IMG/VR virus record: IMGVR_UViG_2974655256_000001
Coordinates: 20,530 to 84,529 of that record
Source of the DNA: a virus
Taxonomy: Duplodnaviria; Heunggongvirae; Uroviricota; Caudoviricetes; Demerecviridae
DNA length: 64,000 bases
Direction: 5' to 3' (one strand)
Of this stretch, positions 27,448-34,936 are shown in pieces; position 1 is the first letter of the stretch; the number at the start of each line of letters is the position of its first letter. The notes under the pieces were generated by a model. The model ran no database searches, was not told the origin of the DNA, and worked only from the letters and a program-made list of their open reading frames with translations. The translations under genes were made by a program, and so were the position numbers.

Positions 27448-27524
27448 TGGCGTCCTGTGCGGGGATCGAACCCGCAAATCCTACCTTGAAAGGGTAGTGA
27501 CTTTACCAGTTTGTCTAACAGGAC
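27448..27524 (-). tRNA. tRNA-Glu (UUC)
   Basis: acceptor GTCCTGT/ACAGGAC, loop CTTTCAA. Confidence 0.75.
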
Positions 27525-27531
27525 TTAAATT

Positions 27532-27622
27532 TGGTGTTGGATGATGGAGTCGAACCACCCGAGACCCTTCCGAGTCGGCAGATTTACAGTCTGCTTCGCT
27601 ACCTCTACGATACTAATCCAAC
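27532..27622 (-). tRNA. tRNA-Tyr (GUA), long variable arm
   Basis: acceptor GTTGGAT/ATCCAAC, loop CTGTAAA. Confidence 0.7.
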
Positions 27623-27684
27623 ATATTTAAAAGTATTCAAATACTAGTTTAAACACTTTTAAATATGTTTCCGAATTAGATAAC

Positions 27685-27714
27685 TATTATACCAAGTTTT
27701 AAGGCACTGAGCAA
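27685..27714 (-). promoter_or_regulatory. T5-type promoter driving tRNA cluster
   Basis: TTGCTC-18-TATAAT. Confidence 0.55.
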
Positions 27715-27750
27715 GTCAAATTTTAAAGAACTTGCTCAGTGCTGTATTAG

Positions 27751-28026
27751 TTAGTCGAACTTAGGAGTGACAGTTAAGGAGAACGGAAGTTCGAAAACTT
27801 CTTCGCCCTCATTACTAACGGTAACTACACGACCTTTAAGTTCAGACATTAAAATATCAATATCAGCTTTTGCATCTGGAGCCATGCCAGCTTCAATACA
27901 TTTAGCTTTAACTTCCGGTAAAAGCTCTACATTATAGAGATAGAGCCACTCAACCTCACCTTCCCAGTCTTCCCAGGATTTGCAGATTGCACTTTCAATA
28001 CCAGTTGCTACAACACGATTTTGCAT
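27751..28026 (-). CDS. hypothetical protein (91 aa)
   Basis: ORF with promoter. Confidence 0.5.
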   Translation of the reverse strand: MQNRVVATGIESAICKSWEDWEGEVEWLYLYNVELLPEVKAKCIEAGMAPDAKADIDILMSELKGRVVTVSNEGEEVFELPFSLTVTPKFD

Positions 28027-28056
28027 TAATTAACTCCTTCATCAATTTATATAACT

Positions 28057-28086
28057 ATTATACCAGAAATTTAAAGTAAAAGGCAA
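28057..28086 (-). promoter_or_regulatory. T5-type early promoter
   Basis: TTGCCT-18-TATAAT. Confidence 0.55.
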
Positions 28087-28116
28087 GTACATTTTTAAAA
28101 ATTCTGTTTGGAGGAG

Positions 28117-28323
28117 CTAAACTCCAGATTTTTCGGCCAAGTCTAGACTAATAAGAGTTATAGCCATAATTGCTGCACCGTGTTCTTTTTCTCCGGTGTT
28201 TTTAGCAGAGTCTATAATATCCTTAATCTGTTCGTAATAACTTTTTACTTCTTGTTCAATGCCTGCCTCGGCTATCATGCCTTTAGCCATGAATCGTTGC
28301 ATGGTAATTTCAGGATTAGCCAT
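28117..28323 (-). CDS. hypothetical protein (68 aa)
   Basis: ORF. Confidence 0.45.
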   Translation of the reverse strand: MANPEITMQRFMAKGMIAEAGIEQEVKSYYEQIKDIIDSAKNTGEKEHGAAIMAITLISLDLAEKSGV

Positions 28324-28483
28324 GTTGTTTCTCCAGTTTCATTTTTAATAGTTTACAGATGAAATCAACGTCTTCATCTGTGCCTAAGTCTCTATCCTCA
28401 AGGGTCGCCTTGAAGTTTTTCGTCAATTCCATTAGGATGACTTCCCTAGAACGACGTGTTGGCGGAGGTGGATGTCTATACAT
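28316..28483 (-). CDS. small protein (55 aa)
   Basis: AAGGAA RBS; stop overlaps next ATG. Confidence 0.35.
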   Translation of the reverse strand: MYRHPPPPTRRSREVILMELTKNFKATLEDRDLGTDEDVDFICKLLKMKLEKQHG

Positions 28484-28498
28484 CTTATTTCCTTAATT

Positions 28499-28575
28499 TG
28501 GTAGGGGTGGTGGGATTCGAACCCACAAAACCTGAATTTTAAGTCCAGTACCTATGCCAATTCGATTACACCCCC
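28499..28575 (-). tRNA. tRNA with UAA anticodon (Leu) but short variable arm
   Basis: stem CTGGA/TTCAG, loop CTTAAAA, acceptor GGGGGTG/CACCCCT. Confidence 0.55.
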
Positions 28576-28582
28576 GTGTAAT

Positions 28583-28771
28583 TTAGTCAATTACTTTTGA
28601 AGCTTCAAGGTAGTCGATATAGTGTACGTTTTCTACCGTAATCATATAATCTGCCACTTTATCCATAGCTTGGGCTTCAGAGGTAGCTCTGGCTAACCTA
28701 TATCCTTTTTTATATTCATCGGGGTATTCTCTATCTTGAATAAACACAACATAAACTATGTATAATTCCAC
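28583..28771 (-). CDS. possible small protein (62 aa, GTG start)
   Basis: AGGGGA RBS before GTG; longer ATG ORF would overlap two tRNAs. Confidence 0.35.
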   Translation of the reverse strand: MELYIVYVVFIQDREYPDEYKKGYRLARATSEAQAMDKVADYMITVENVHYIDYLEASKVID

Positions 28772-28791
28772 TTGTAATCCCCTAATTAAGT

Positions 28792-28869
28792 TGGTGGCTC
28801 CCCGAGGATTCGAACCTACGTACCTTCCAGTTATGAGCTGGGTGCTCATACCATATGAGCTTGAGAACC
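28792..28869 (-). tRNA. tRNA-Met/Ile2 (CAU), third CAU tRNA
   Basis: loop CTCATAA, acceptor GGTTCTC/GGGAGCC. Confidence 0.55.
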
Positions 28870-28875
28870 AGAATT

Positions 28876-28964
28876 TGGCGGAAGAAGTGGGAATCGAACC
28901 CACAAGGCTATATTTCAAACCGACAGATTAGCAATCTGCTGCAATACCGTTATGCTATTCTTCC
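28876..28964 (-). tRNA. tRNA-Ser (GCU), long variable arm
   Basis: acceptor GGAAGAA/TTCTTCC, stem GCAGA/TCTGT, loop TTGCTAA. Confidence 0.65.
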
Positions 28965-28979
28965 GAATTTATAAGATAT

Positions 28980-29008
28980 ATTATATTAGAAATTTAGCTT
29001 CATAGCAA
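28980..29008 (-). promoter_or_regulatory. T5-type promoter driving tRNA cluster
   Basis: TTGCTA-17-TATAAT. Confidence 0.6.
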
Positions 29009-29555
29009 GAAAATTTTTCAAGTTTTCGGTAGACATCTCATCTACATCTACAGGAGAAACAAAGCCGTTTAATTTTCTAGCAAATTTTTCACCCGCAGGA
29101 TCATTATCCCCGACAGCTACCAATTTAAAAGGTAATAATTTCAGTTGCTTTAATAACGCTTTTCCTGGAGAAGAGCCCAACATTGCTAGCGCTGGATAAC
29201 CAGCGTTATGTAACGCAACTGCCTTAAATACAGATTCAGCGATCAATACTACTTTTTCATCTCCATTGAGAGTTTCTAGTCCCCATACACATTGGGTAGT
29301 AGAATAAGTAAAATATTTAGCTTCAAAGGGGCACTTACCATGACCTTTTGGAGCAGAAGGATTATACGTCTGATAGCCTCTCAACATCCCAGAGAAGTCA
29401 TACAACGGGACTGTTAGCCATCCTTCCGGACTTAACCAGCAGTGATATTTATCTGTATCAAATCCTCTAGATAAGAGGTGCTGTGTTAGCTCATCAACAT
29501 TCATATTTGGTTCCTCTCTCAAATTTATAGATATATTATACAGAGAATTTAGCAT
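28986..29555 (-). CDS. Toprim-domain protein (189 aa)
   Basis: conserved Glu then VAVGDNDPAGEKFA DxD motif. Confidence 0.55.
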   Translation of the reverse strand: MLNSLYNISINLREEPNMNVDELTQHLLSRGFDTDKYHCWLSPEGWLTVPLYDFSGMLRGYQTYNPSAPKGHGKCPFEAKYFTYSTTQCVWGLETLNGDEKVVLIAESVFKAVALHNAGYPALAMLGSSPGKALLKQLKLLPFKLVAVGDNDPAGEKFARKLNGFVSPVDVDEMSTENLKNFLAMKLNF

Positions 29556-29563
29556 TCAAGCAA
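29535..29563 (-). promoter_or_regulatory. T5-type early promoter
   Basis: TTGCTT-17-TATAAT. Confidence 0.6.
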
Positions 29564-29679
29564 TTAAATTTTTTAACTTTTTAGAGAAAAATCATAGGGC
29601 ACTTAAGGGTAGCAGATAAGTGGTGAGGACCAAAATTTGTGACCCCACTAAAAATCCGGGGGCAATTTTTAAAGACCCC

Positions 29680-29708
29680 TTGACATTTTCGCTGGGGTAG
29701 TGTAAAGT
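29680..29708 (+). promoter_or_regulatory. sigma70-like promoter TTGACA-17-TAAAGT
   Basis: differs from T5 early consensus; shares TTGACATTTTCGC with promoter at 58285. Confidence 0.45.
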
Positions 29709-29770
29709 ATATGTTATGGATGAGTGATCAAAGAGACACACATTTTCTATATACTAGGAGGTGTCAAAAA

Positions 29771-30754
29771 ATGACAGAAGAAGTAGCTAAGAGTCCTGAG
29801 ACCGTCGCTAGCGTTGCAGCAGAACTGCACCGTCACGAGGAATCAGATAAGAAAAAGTGGGAGAAGGTCAGAGCCTACGAAGAGAAACATCGTGAACACG
29901 ATGAAGAAGAAGATGACGATGAACATTGTCATAAATATGGAAAACATAAAATGCAAGAACCAGTAAACGTATTTACTAGTGGCTTCCCTGGTCTACTGGG
30001 TGGTTACCCAGCAAACGCAGGTGCTTTCGGTGGTGAAGGTATGGGACTATTCGGAGCTATCCTAATCGGTGCTCTACTAACAGGCGGATTCGGTGGATTC
30101 GGTGGATTCGGTGGACGTGGTGTAGTTGGTGATGGTACCGCAGTTGATGCAGTACTTCAGAACCAAGATACCGCCAGTATTCTAGCAGCTATTAACACTA
30201 CTCGTACAGAAGCTAACCAGGGTACTGGAGCTGTTTTAAGCGCAGTTAACAATGGTTTTAGCCAGACATCCCAAAACCAGAGCCGTGATACTCAGTCTGT
30301 ACTAACTACGATCTATGGTACAGGTGCTAATCTATCTAATCAGATCTGCCAGGAAACTCGCAATGTTATTCAGGGTCAGTTCGATCTTTCTCGCCAGATT
30401 GATCAATCTTTCGCAGCTAATCAGATAGCTCGTGCACAAGATAAGTTTGATTCTGCACAGATCGCTTTCCAGCAGACTTTACAAACTAATAACCAGTTTG
30501 CCGCTGTTCAGGCTCAGATGTGTGCTAACCAGAACTCTCTGGAACGTCAGATCGCTGAATGTTGCTGTGAACTTCAGACTGCGATCGCTGGTGTAACTAC
30601 TGCGCGTATCCAGGATGAGTTAGATGCATGTCGCCTACGTGAAGCAATCGCTGCGGGTAACGGTGCTAACGGTCAGGTAATTAATCAAATCGCTGTAAGT
30701 CTTGGTGCTATCACTCAGACTCTGGCTGGTCTGCAGGCTAAACTGCCGGCTTAA
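29771..30754 (+). CDS. His/acidic N-terminus, Gly-zipper hydrophobic segment, Q/N/A-rich low-complexity protein (327 aa)
   Basis: AGGAGG RBS; GGFGGFGGFGG segment; CCCE motif. Confidence 0.6.
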   Translation: MTEEVAKSPETVASVAAELHRHEESDKKKWEKVRAYEEKHREHDEEEDDDEHCHKYGKHKMQEPVNVFTSGFPGLLGGYPANAGAFGGEGMGLFGAILIGALLTGGFGGFGGFGGRGVVGDGTAVDAVLQNQDTASILAAINTTRTEANQGTGAVLSAVNNGFSQTSQNQSRDTQSVLTTIYGTGANLSNQICQETRNVIQGQFDLSRQIDQSFAANQIARAQDKFDSAQIAFQQTLQTNNQFAAVQAQMCANQNSLERQIAECCCELQTAIAGVTTARIQDELDACRLREAIAAGNGANGQVINQIAVSLGAITQTLAGLQAKLPA

Positions 30755-30775
30755 TATTAAGGGGAGGAGCCCATT

Positions 30776-31192
30776 ATGAGTAAATATGGTTTTGTAAATA
30801 ACGGACTTAATCAAAGTATGGGCTCCCAGCAGCCAATTCCGGGTCTGGATAACCCCTACTTACAACAATTGCAACAGCGTTTAGCAGAAGCGCAGCAGAT
30901 GCAGCAACAACTCCAGCAAAACCCTGGAAGTGTGAGTCCTATGCAAATGATGCAGCAAATGAGCGGGCAGTCGCAAATGCCTCAACAAATGCAGCAACAG
31001 ATTCCGCAGCAGCAAGTTCAGCAGCAAACCCAACAACCGCAGGTTTCTGCGGAAGGACAGGCAGTACTAGCCCTTTTCGAAGACTTCGCAAAGACAGAGG
31101 ATGGGAAGCAGCTTGTATCACTTATGGGTAAGTTTAATAGCTTCTGCCAAAGCCAAGTTGCAAAAGCTCAAAATGGTGGTAATAACTCCTAA
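30776..31192 (+). CDS. Gln-rich low-complexity protein (138 aa)
   Basis: GGGGAGGAG RBS; long Q/M-rich stretch. Confidence 0.55.
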   Translation: MSKYGFVNNGLNQSMGSQQPIPGLDNPYLQQLQQRLAEAQQMQQQLQQNPGSVSPMQMMQQMSGQSQMPQQMQQQIPQQQVQQQTQQPQVSAEGQAVLALFEDFAKTEDGKQLVSLMGKFNSFCQSQVAKAQNGGNNS

Positions 31193-31201
31193 GGAGAAAT
31201 T

Positions 31202-31396
31202 ATGTGTTGCAGAAAACCTGTTTCGTGCTGCCCAATGCCTGTAGCACGTTGTTGCTCTCCAGCAATGTTTACGCAAATACCGGCGTTCAATCCGTTTGCC
31301 TTTAAGCCTACTCTTATCCTGCCCCCTAGAGTAGATTTTCAGTCAAGATTGGCCTCCCGTATGGGTGGTTGCTGTACACCGAGAGTGTGGTTCTGA
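31202..31396 (+). CDS. Cys-rich small protein with four CC doublets (64 aa)
   Basis: AAGGAG RBS; CC x4, Pro-rich. Confidence 0.5.
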   Translation: MCCRKPVSCCPMPVARCCSPAMFTQIPAFNPFAFKPTLILPPRVDFQSRLASRMGGCCTPRVWF

Positions 31397-31411
31397 AGAA
31401 CCAAACAATAA

Positions 31412-31449
31412 AGCCCCTAAGTCTTTCGACTAGGGGCTTTTCTGTATTT
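31412..31449 (+). terminator. rho-independent terminator of + island
   Basis: AGCCCCTAAG...CTAGGGGCT then T-run. Confidence 0.6.
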
Positions 31450-31454
31450 AAGAT

Positions 31455-31492
31455 AAAAGAAAAGCCCTGCGCTCTCCAGGGAACGCAGGGCT
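31455..31492 (-). terminator. rho-independent terminator after SPFH gene
   Basis: AGCCCTGCG...CGCAGGGCT stem, U-run on minus. Confidence 0.6.
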
Positions 31493-31516
31493 TACTTCAG
31501 ATGTTACGTGCAGGTA

Positions 31517-32464
31517 TTATTTATTACGCATATCCATGATCATTTGACCATCGTAGCCAGTACCTACCACAGTCTGAGGTACACCACCTTGATATTTCTG
31601 AGCACGAATCATTTCGACTTCCAGTTGTTTCCAACGAATCATCTCAGGAGTAATGGTACGTTGCAATGCGGCGTTAGCTTCAGCTTCTTTCTTAGCTGCA
31701 TACAGTTTAGCATCTGCGTCACGTTCGTTAGCAATAGCTTGGTTATTACGAGCTTCGCGATCTGCTTCTGCTTGTTTAACCTTCTGCTGTGCTTCTTGTT
31801 CAACACGAGCCAGTTCAGCTTTCGCAGCATTAACTTGCTCTTCACGAACTTTGGTATTCTGTACCTGTTCCATGATTACCGGTGGCAAAGTAATATCCTG
31901 AAGGAATACCTGCTTAACTGTATAACCATATGGGCGTGCGTACTCTTCAACTTCCTGTTGAATTGCAGTTTGCAATTGAGCCTGAATTTTAGCATCAAAC
32001 AAATCTTGTGCTTTAGGTACAGACTTACCAAACTCACGAATAGTAGACAGTAATTTTTCAGTTACATACTTGTCTAGCGCCTGATCCTGAGTACCTGCGT
32101 TAATACGGTTAATTGGTGCCTTAGAACCATCAAACTGCAACATAACAGTCAGGTCAACAGTGGATTTAAACTTATCCTGACTAGGAACCTGAAGTTTATC
32201 TAATTTTACAGCAATGTCTTTTGTACTAAAAGTATCGAAAGATGCAAATGGGTTTACAAGATGAAAACCAGGTAATACAGGATTAGGGTCTACTTTACCC
32301 AGAAATGTTTGGGTTTTAACCGTACCATCAGAAACAATAGTATATGAATTAAAAGCTAGGATTAAACCTGCTAAACCAACTACAGCACCAATACCCCAAC
32401 GTTTAATAGTACGAATTACTTTCTGCTCAGAAGTCAGTTCTTTCATATTTTTAGTAGCAAACAT
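31517..32464 (-). CDS. SPFH/band-7 (HflC/prohibitin-like) membrane protein (315 aa)
   Basis: N-terminal TM, SPFH core, long Ala/Gln/Glu coiled-coil tail. Confidence 0.7.
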   Translation of the reverse strand: MFATKNMKELTSEQKVIRTIKRWGIGAVVGLAGLILAFNSYTIVSDGTVKTQTFLGKVDPNPVLPGFHLVNPFASFDTFSTKDIAVKLDKLQVPSQDKFKSTVDLTVMLQFDGSKAPINRINAGTQDQALDKYVTEKLLSTIREFGKSVPKAQDLFDAKIQAQLQTAIQQEVEEYARPYGYTVKQVFLQDITLPPVIMEQVQNTKVREEQVNAAKAELARVEQEAQQKVKQAEADREARNNQAIANERDADAKLYAAKKEAEANAALQRTITPEMIRWKQLEVEMIRAQKYQGGVPQTVVGTGYDGQMIMDMRNK

Positions 32465-32498
32465 ATATTTCCTTTGTTTTAGTTACAGTTAATAAAAT

Positions 32499-32573
32499 TG
32501 GCCGAGGTGACAGGATTCGAACCTGCATAAAGGAATTTAGAAGACTCCTGCCTCTCCCTTAGACTACACCCCG
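32499..32573 (-). tRNA. tRNA-Arg (UCU)
   Basis: acceptor CGGGGTG/CACCTCG, loop CTTCTAA. Confidence 0.65.
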
Positions 32574-33385
32574 TTTAAGTATTTTTAAGAACTCTCGTAA
32601 AAACTCTTAAAAATACAGACGATACCGGGAGAGTCATAAGTCTCACTCATTAAGTATTTCAAGACAAAATACGGTAACGTCTATTATTTTCCAGTTTAAG
32701 TCAGGGTGACTTAGTGGTTATGTCCTGCGGTATATTGAGGACTCGGTTAGGCTTGGGGTCATGACTTCCCGCCTTTTGCTGCTACTCAACAGGAGTTATC
32801 GCGAATTACCTGTGCTATTGTGCACCATTAGTGACATCTCTCATGTCAGCATTTCCCACTTTGTGGATAGCTTGAAAAACTACTCCGATATGGAGAAAGA
32901 ACTTCACTATCCTAGAATACCTTCTAAAGTTCTTCTTTAGCCTGGACATAGTTAAATCGTAATAAAACTATTCAGCAGACTGGTTGGTTAGTCTGGAACC
33001 AACTACCGCGTGGTTTAGGCAGTGCGCAACTAACCTCGGAAGCTTTTACGTTAAAAGCATCAGTTATCCAGTTCTTACCGACCGTAGGATTCGAACCTAC
33101 ATCTTCCACCAGTTACGGCTTGATAATACCAATTATACTAAGACGGCAGTGTTACTACATAAGTGATTTCCACACCCCACTATTTATAAATTAGAGAAGA
33201 GTTTAGGGGAGAGGTTTCAGACGCCTCATTTTACACGTTCTAGCCACTAACCGGGATTGCCGCCCCCTGTGTACTAGTTTTACAACTAACCCACCGACTC
33301 TATTCAACGAATCTTAGTGCTCGACGCATCTTACATTAAGACAAGTTCAGCGTAATCGGCTCGCTGTTCTCTAATTTATGAATAT

Positions 33386-33414
33386 ATTATACAGAATTTA
33401 TAAGCATTTAGCAA
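33386..33414 (-). promoter_or_regulatory. T5-type promoter preceding 850-bp ORF-free region
   Basis: TTGCTA-17-TATAAT. Confidence 0.6.
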
Positions 33415-33422
33415 ATAAATTT

Positions 33423-33866
33423 TTAATTAAATTCGCCAGCAATCTGAGCAGCAGTACCACCATCATAACGCCCAGGAAATTCTTCCTTAATCGCTTTCAT
33501 CAGCATACCTTTTGTAATTCCAGGGTTTAGCTTAACTAATTCTGCAAAGTATTTACGAATCTCAGTATCAGATAACTGAGGAGGCAGATACTCCTGCAAC
33601 CACTTATTTAGAATGTATTCATACTGAGCGGACTGCAAGCTATAACTATCAAGATCTTGACCATGAAGTTTAGCTTTCGTCTGATTAATGCTTTTCAGTT
33701 GAGCTTTTAGATAAGATACAAACTGTTCAGAAGTAATGAAGTCTTTATCAACACGCTGAAGATCTCCGATTATGGTCTGGTAGCTTTTAGCTACTTCTTT
33801 ATCAGAACCATCAACCTTAGATTCCTGCAAAGCCCTACGCAAAACATTTAGAATATTCTCTTCCAT
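33423..33866 (-). CDS. GatB/YqeY-domain protein (147 aa)
   Basis: C-terminal KGMLMKAIKEEFPGRYDGGTAAQIAGE typical of YqeY. Confidence 0.6.
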   Translation of the reverse strand: MEENILNVLRRALQESKVDGSDKEVAKSYQTIIGDLQRVDKDFITSEQFVSYLKAQLKSINQTKAKLHGQDLDSYSLQSAQYEYILNKWLQEYLPPQLSDTEIRKYFAELVKLNPGITKGMLMKAIKEEFPGRYDGGTAAQIAGEFN

Positions 33867-34036
33867 TATTTAATTCCCAGTGCTTGGTTAAAAGATTGTT
33901 CTGTCATAACTGCCGAGACTTTAGCGAAATCAAACTTCTTAGGGTTTGTAGTAATTTCAGCAACGTTAGTAGTTTTAACTGTTTTCGTAGTACGGATACC
34001 ACGAGTATTAACACCAATAATTACAACTGATTTCAT
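33866..34036 (-). CDS. small protein (56 aa)
   Basis: AGGAAG RBS; stop overlaps next ATG. Confidence 0.35.
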   Translation of the reverse strand: MKSVVIIGVNTRGIRTTKTVKTTNVAEITTNPKKFDFAKVSAVMTEQSFNQALGIK

Positions 34037-34067
34037 ATTTCGCTTCCTCTCATTAATTTATGAAAGT

Positions 34068-34096
34068 ATTATACAGAAATTTAAGGCTTTAAGCAA
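34068..34096 (-). promoter_or_regulatory. T5-type early promoter
   Basis: TTGCTT-17-TATAAT. Confidence 0.6.
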
Positions 34097-34104
34097 TCGA
34101 ATTT

Positions 34105-34554
34105 TTAAGTTTTCTTAACCACAGGCTTGTAGAACGTATGGCCTTGAATCTTCGTTGTTTTCTTAAACTTCTTTGTCCAGTACGGTTTATCTTTACCACT
34201 ATGGAAGTATAACGCTCCATGTGTTGGATCTTGTGGTAAATCAACGTAGTATATCACTCTAGCTAAATTCTTAGCAACTTGCCAAGACTCATCTGTTTTA
34301 TCAACCCTAGGTTTTTTAGCTGTCCAGCTGAATTGGTTAGACTGATATACTACTTTACAGTAAGAATCAGGGAATTTACCAGAGTTTACACGGTTTTTAG
34401 TAACCTGTGCAACTGCAATCATTCCCTTTGTGCCCTCACCTCGTGCTTCGAAGTAGATATTTTTTGCAATGCAATCAATCTGCTTTGAGTCGTAGGTAGC
34501 ATGACTATTGAAGCTATAGGTTAGGGCAGCTATTAAAAGCAAAGCTGCCTTCAT
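34105..34554 (-). CDS. SleB/CwlJ-like cell wall hydrolase with signal peptide (149 aa)
   Basis: NIYFEARGE...VAQVTKNRV motifs; GGAG RBS for ATG at 34554. Confidence 0.65.
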   Translation of the reverse strand: MKAALLLIAALTYSFNSHATYDSKQIDCIAKNIYFEARGEGTKGMIAVAQVTKNRVNSGKFPDSYCKVVYQSNQFSWTAKKPRVDKTDESWQVAKNLARVIYYVDLPQDPTHGALYFHSGKDKPYWTKKFKKTTKIQGHTFYKPVVKKT

Positions 34555-34559
34555 TTTAT

Positions 34560-34877
34560 TTACTCCGGCCAATCGTACTCAATACGATTAGGGCTTTCTT
34601 GATACCCTTCGTCAAGCAAATCATTGCGCATGTTCTGCTTAGCTACAGGGTTCGAGGTTACTAGTACCACTTTCTTGGGTCTCTGTCCAAATTCTAGGAG
34701 TAAACGAAGAATTTGATAACCTTCCATACCATCTACAGCCAGATCGTTATCCATATAAACGAAATGTCCGGTGGTATCGGTTGTATTCAGAAACTCAATA
34801 GCGGCTTCGGGGGTTCGAATGATAATATCCATCCCATGTAGGTCACGAACATCATCAATCAGAATATGAAAAATCAT
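34560..34877 (-). CDS. hypothetical protein, receiver-like fold (105 aa)
   Basis: ORF with promoter. Confidence 0.5.
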   Translation of the reverse strand: MIFHILIDDVRDLHGMDIIIRTPEAAIEFLNTTDTTGHFVYMDNDLAVDGMEGYQILRLLLEFGQRPKKVVLVTSNPVAKQNMRNDLLDEGYQESPNRIEYDWPE

Positions 34878-34907
34878 AATAGCCTCGTCTCATCAATTTA
34901 AAAATAT

Positions 34908-34936
34908 ATTATATAGAAAACTAAACTAATTAGCAA
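34908..34936 (-). promoter_or_regulatory. T5-type early promoter
   Basis: TTGCTA-17-TATAAT. Confidence 0.6.

Noticed and set aside
28583-28918. Full-length 111-aa ORF (TTG start)
   Set aside because: Its N-terminal 50 codons overlap tRNAs at 28792-28964. Only the downstream GTG/ATG-initiated part is plausible.
33060-33105. + strand tRNA ending ATCTTCCACCA
   Set aside because: The T-loop would read ATTCGAA (non-canonical) and D/anticodon arms do not fold. The minus-strand reading has a canonical T-loop but no acceptor.
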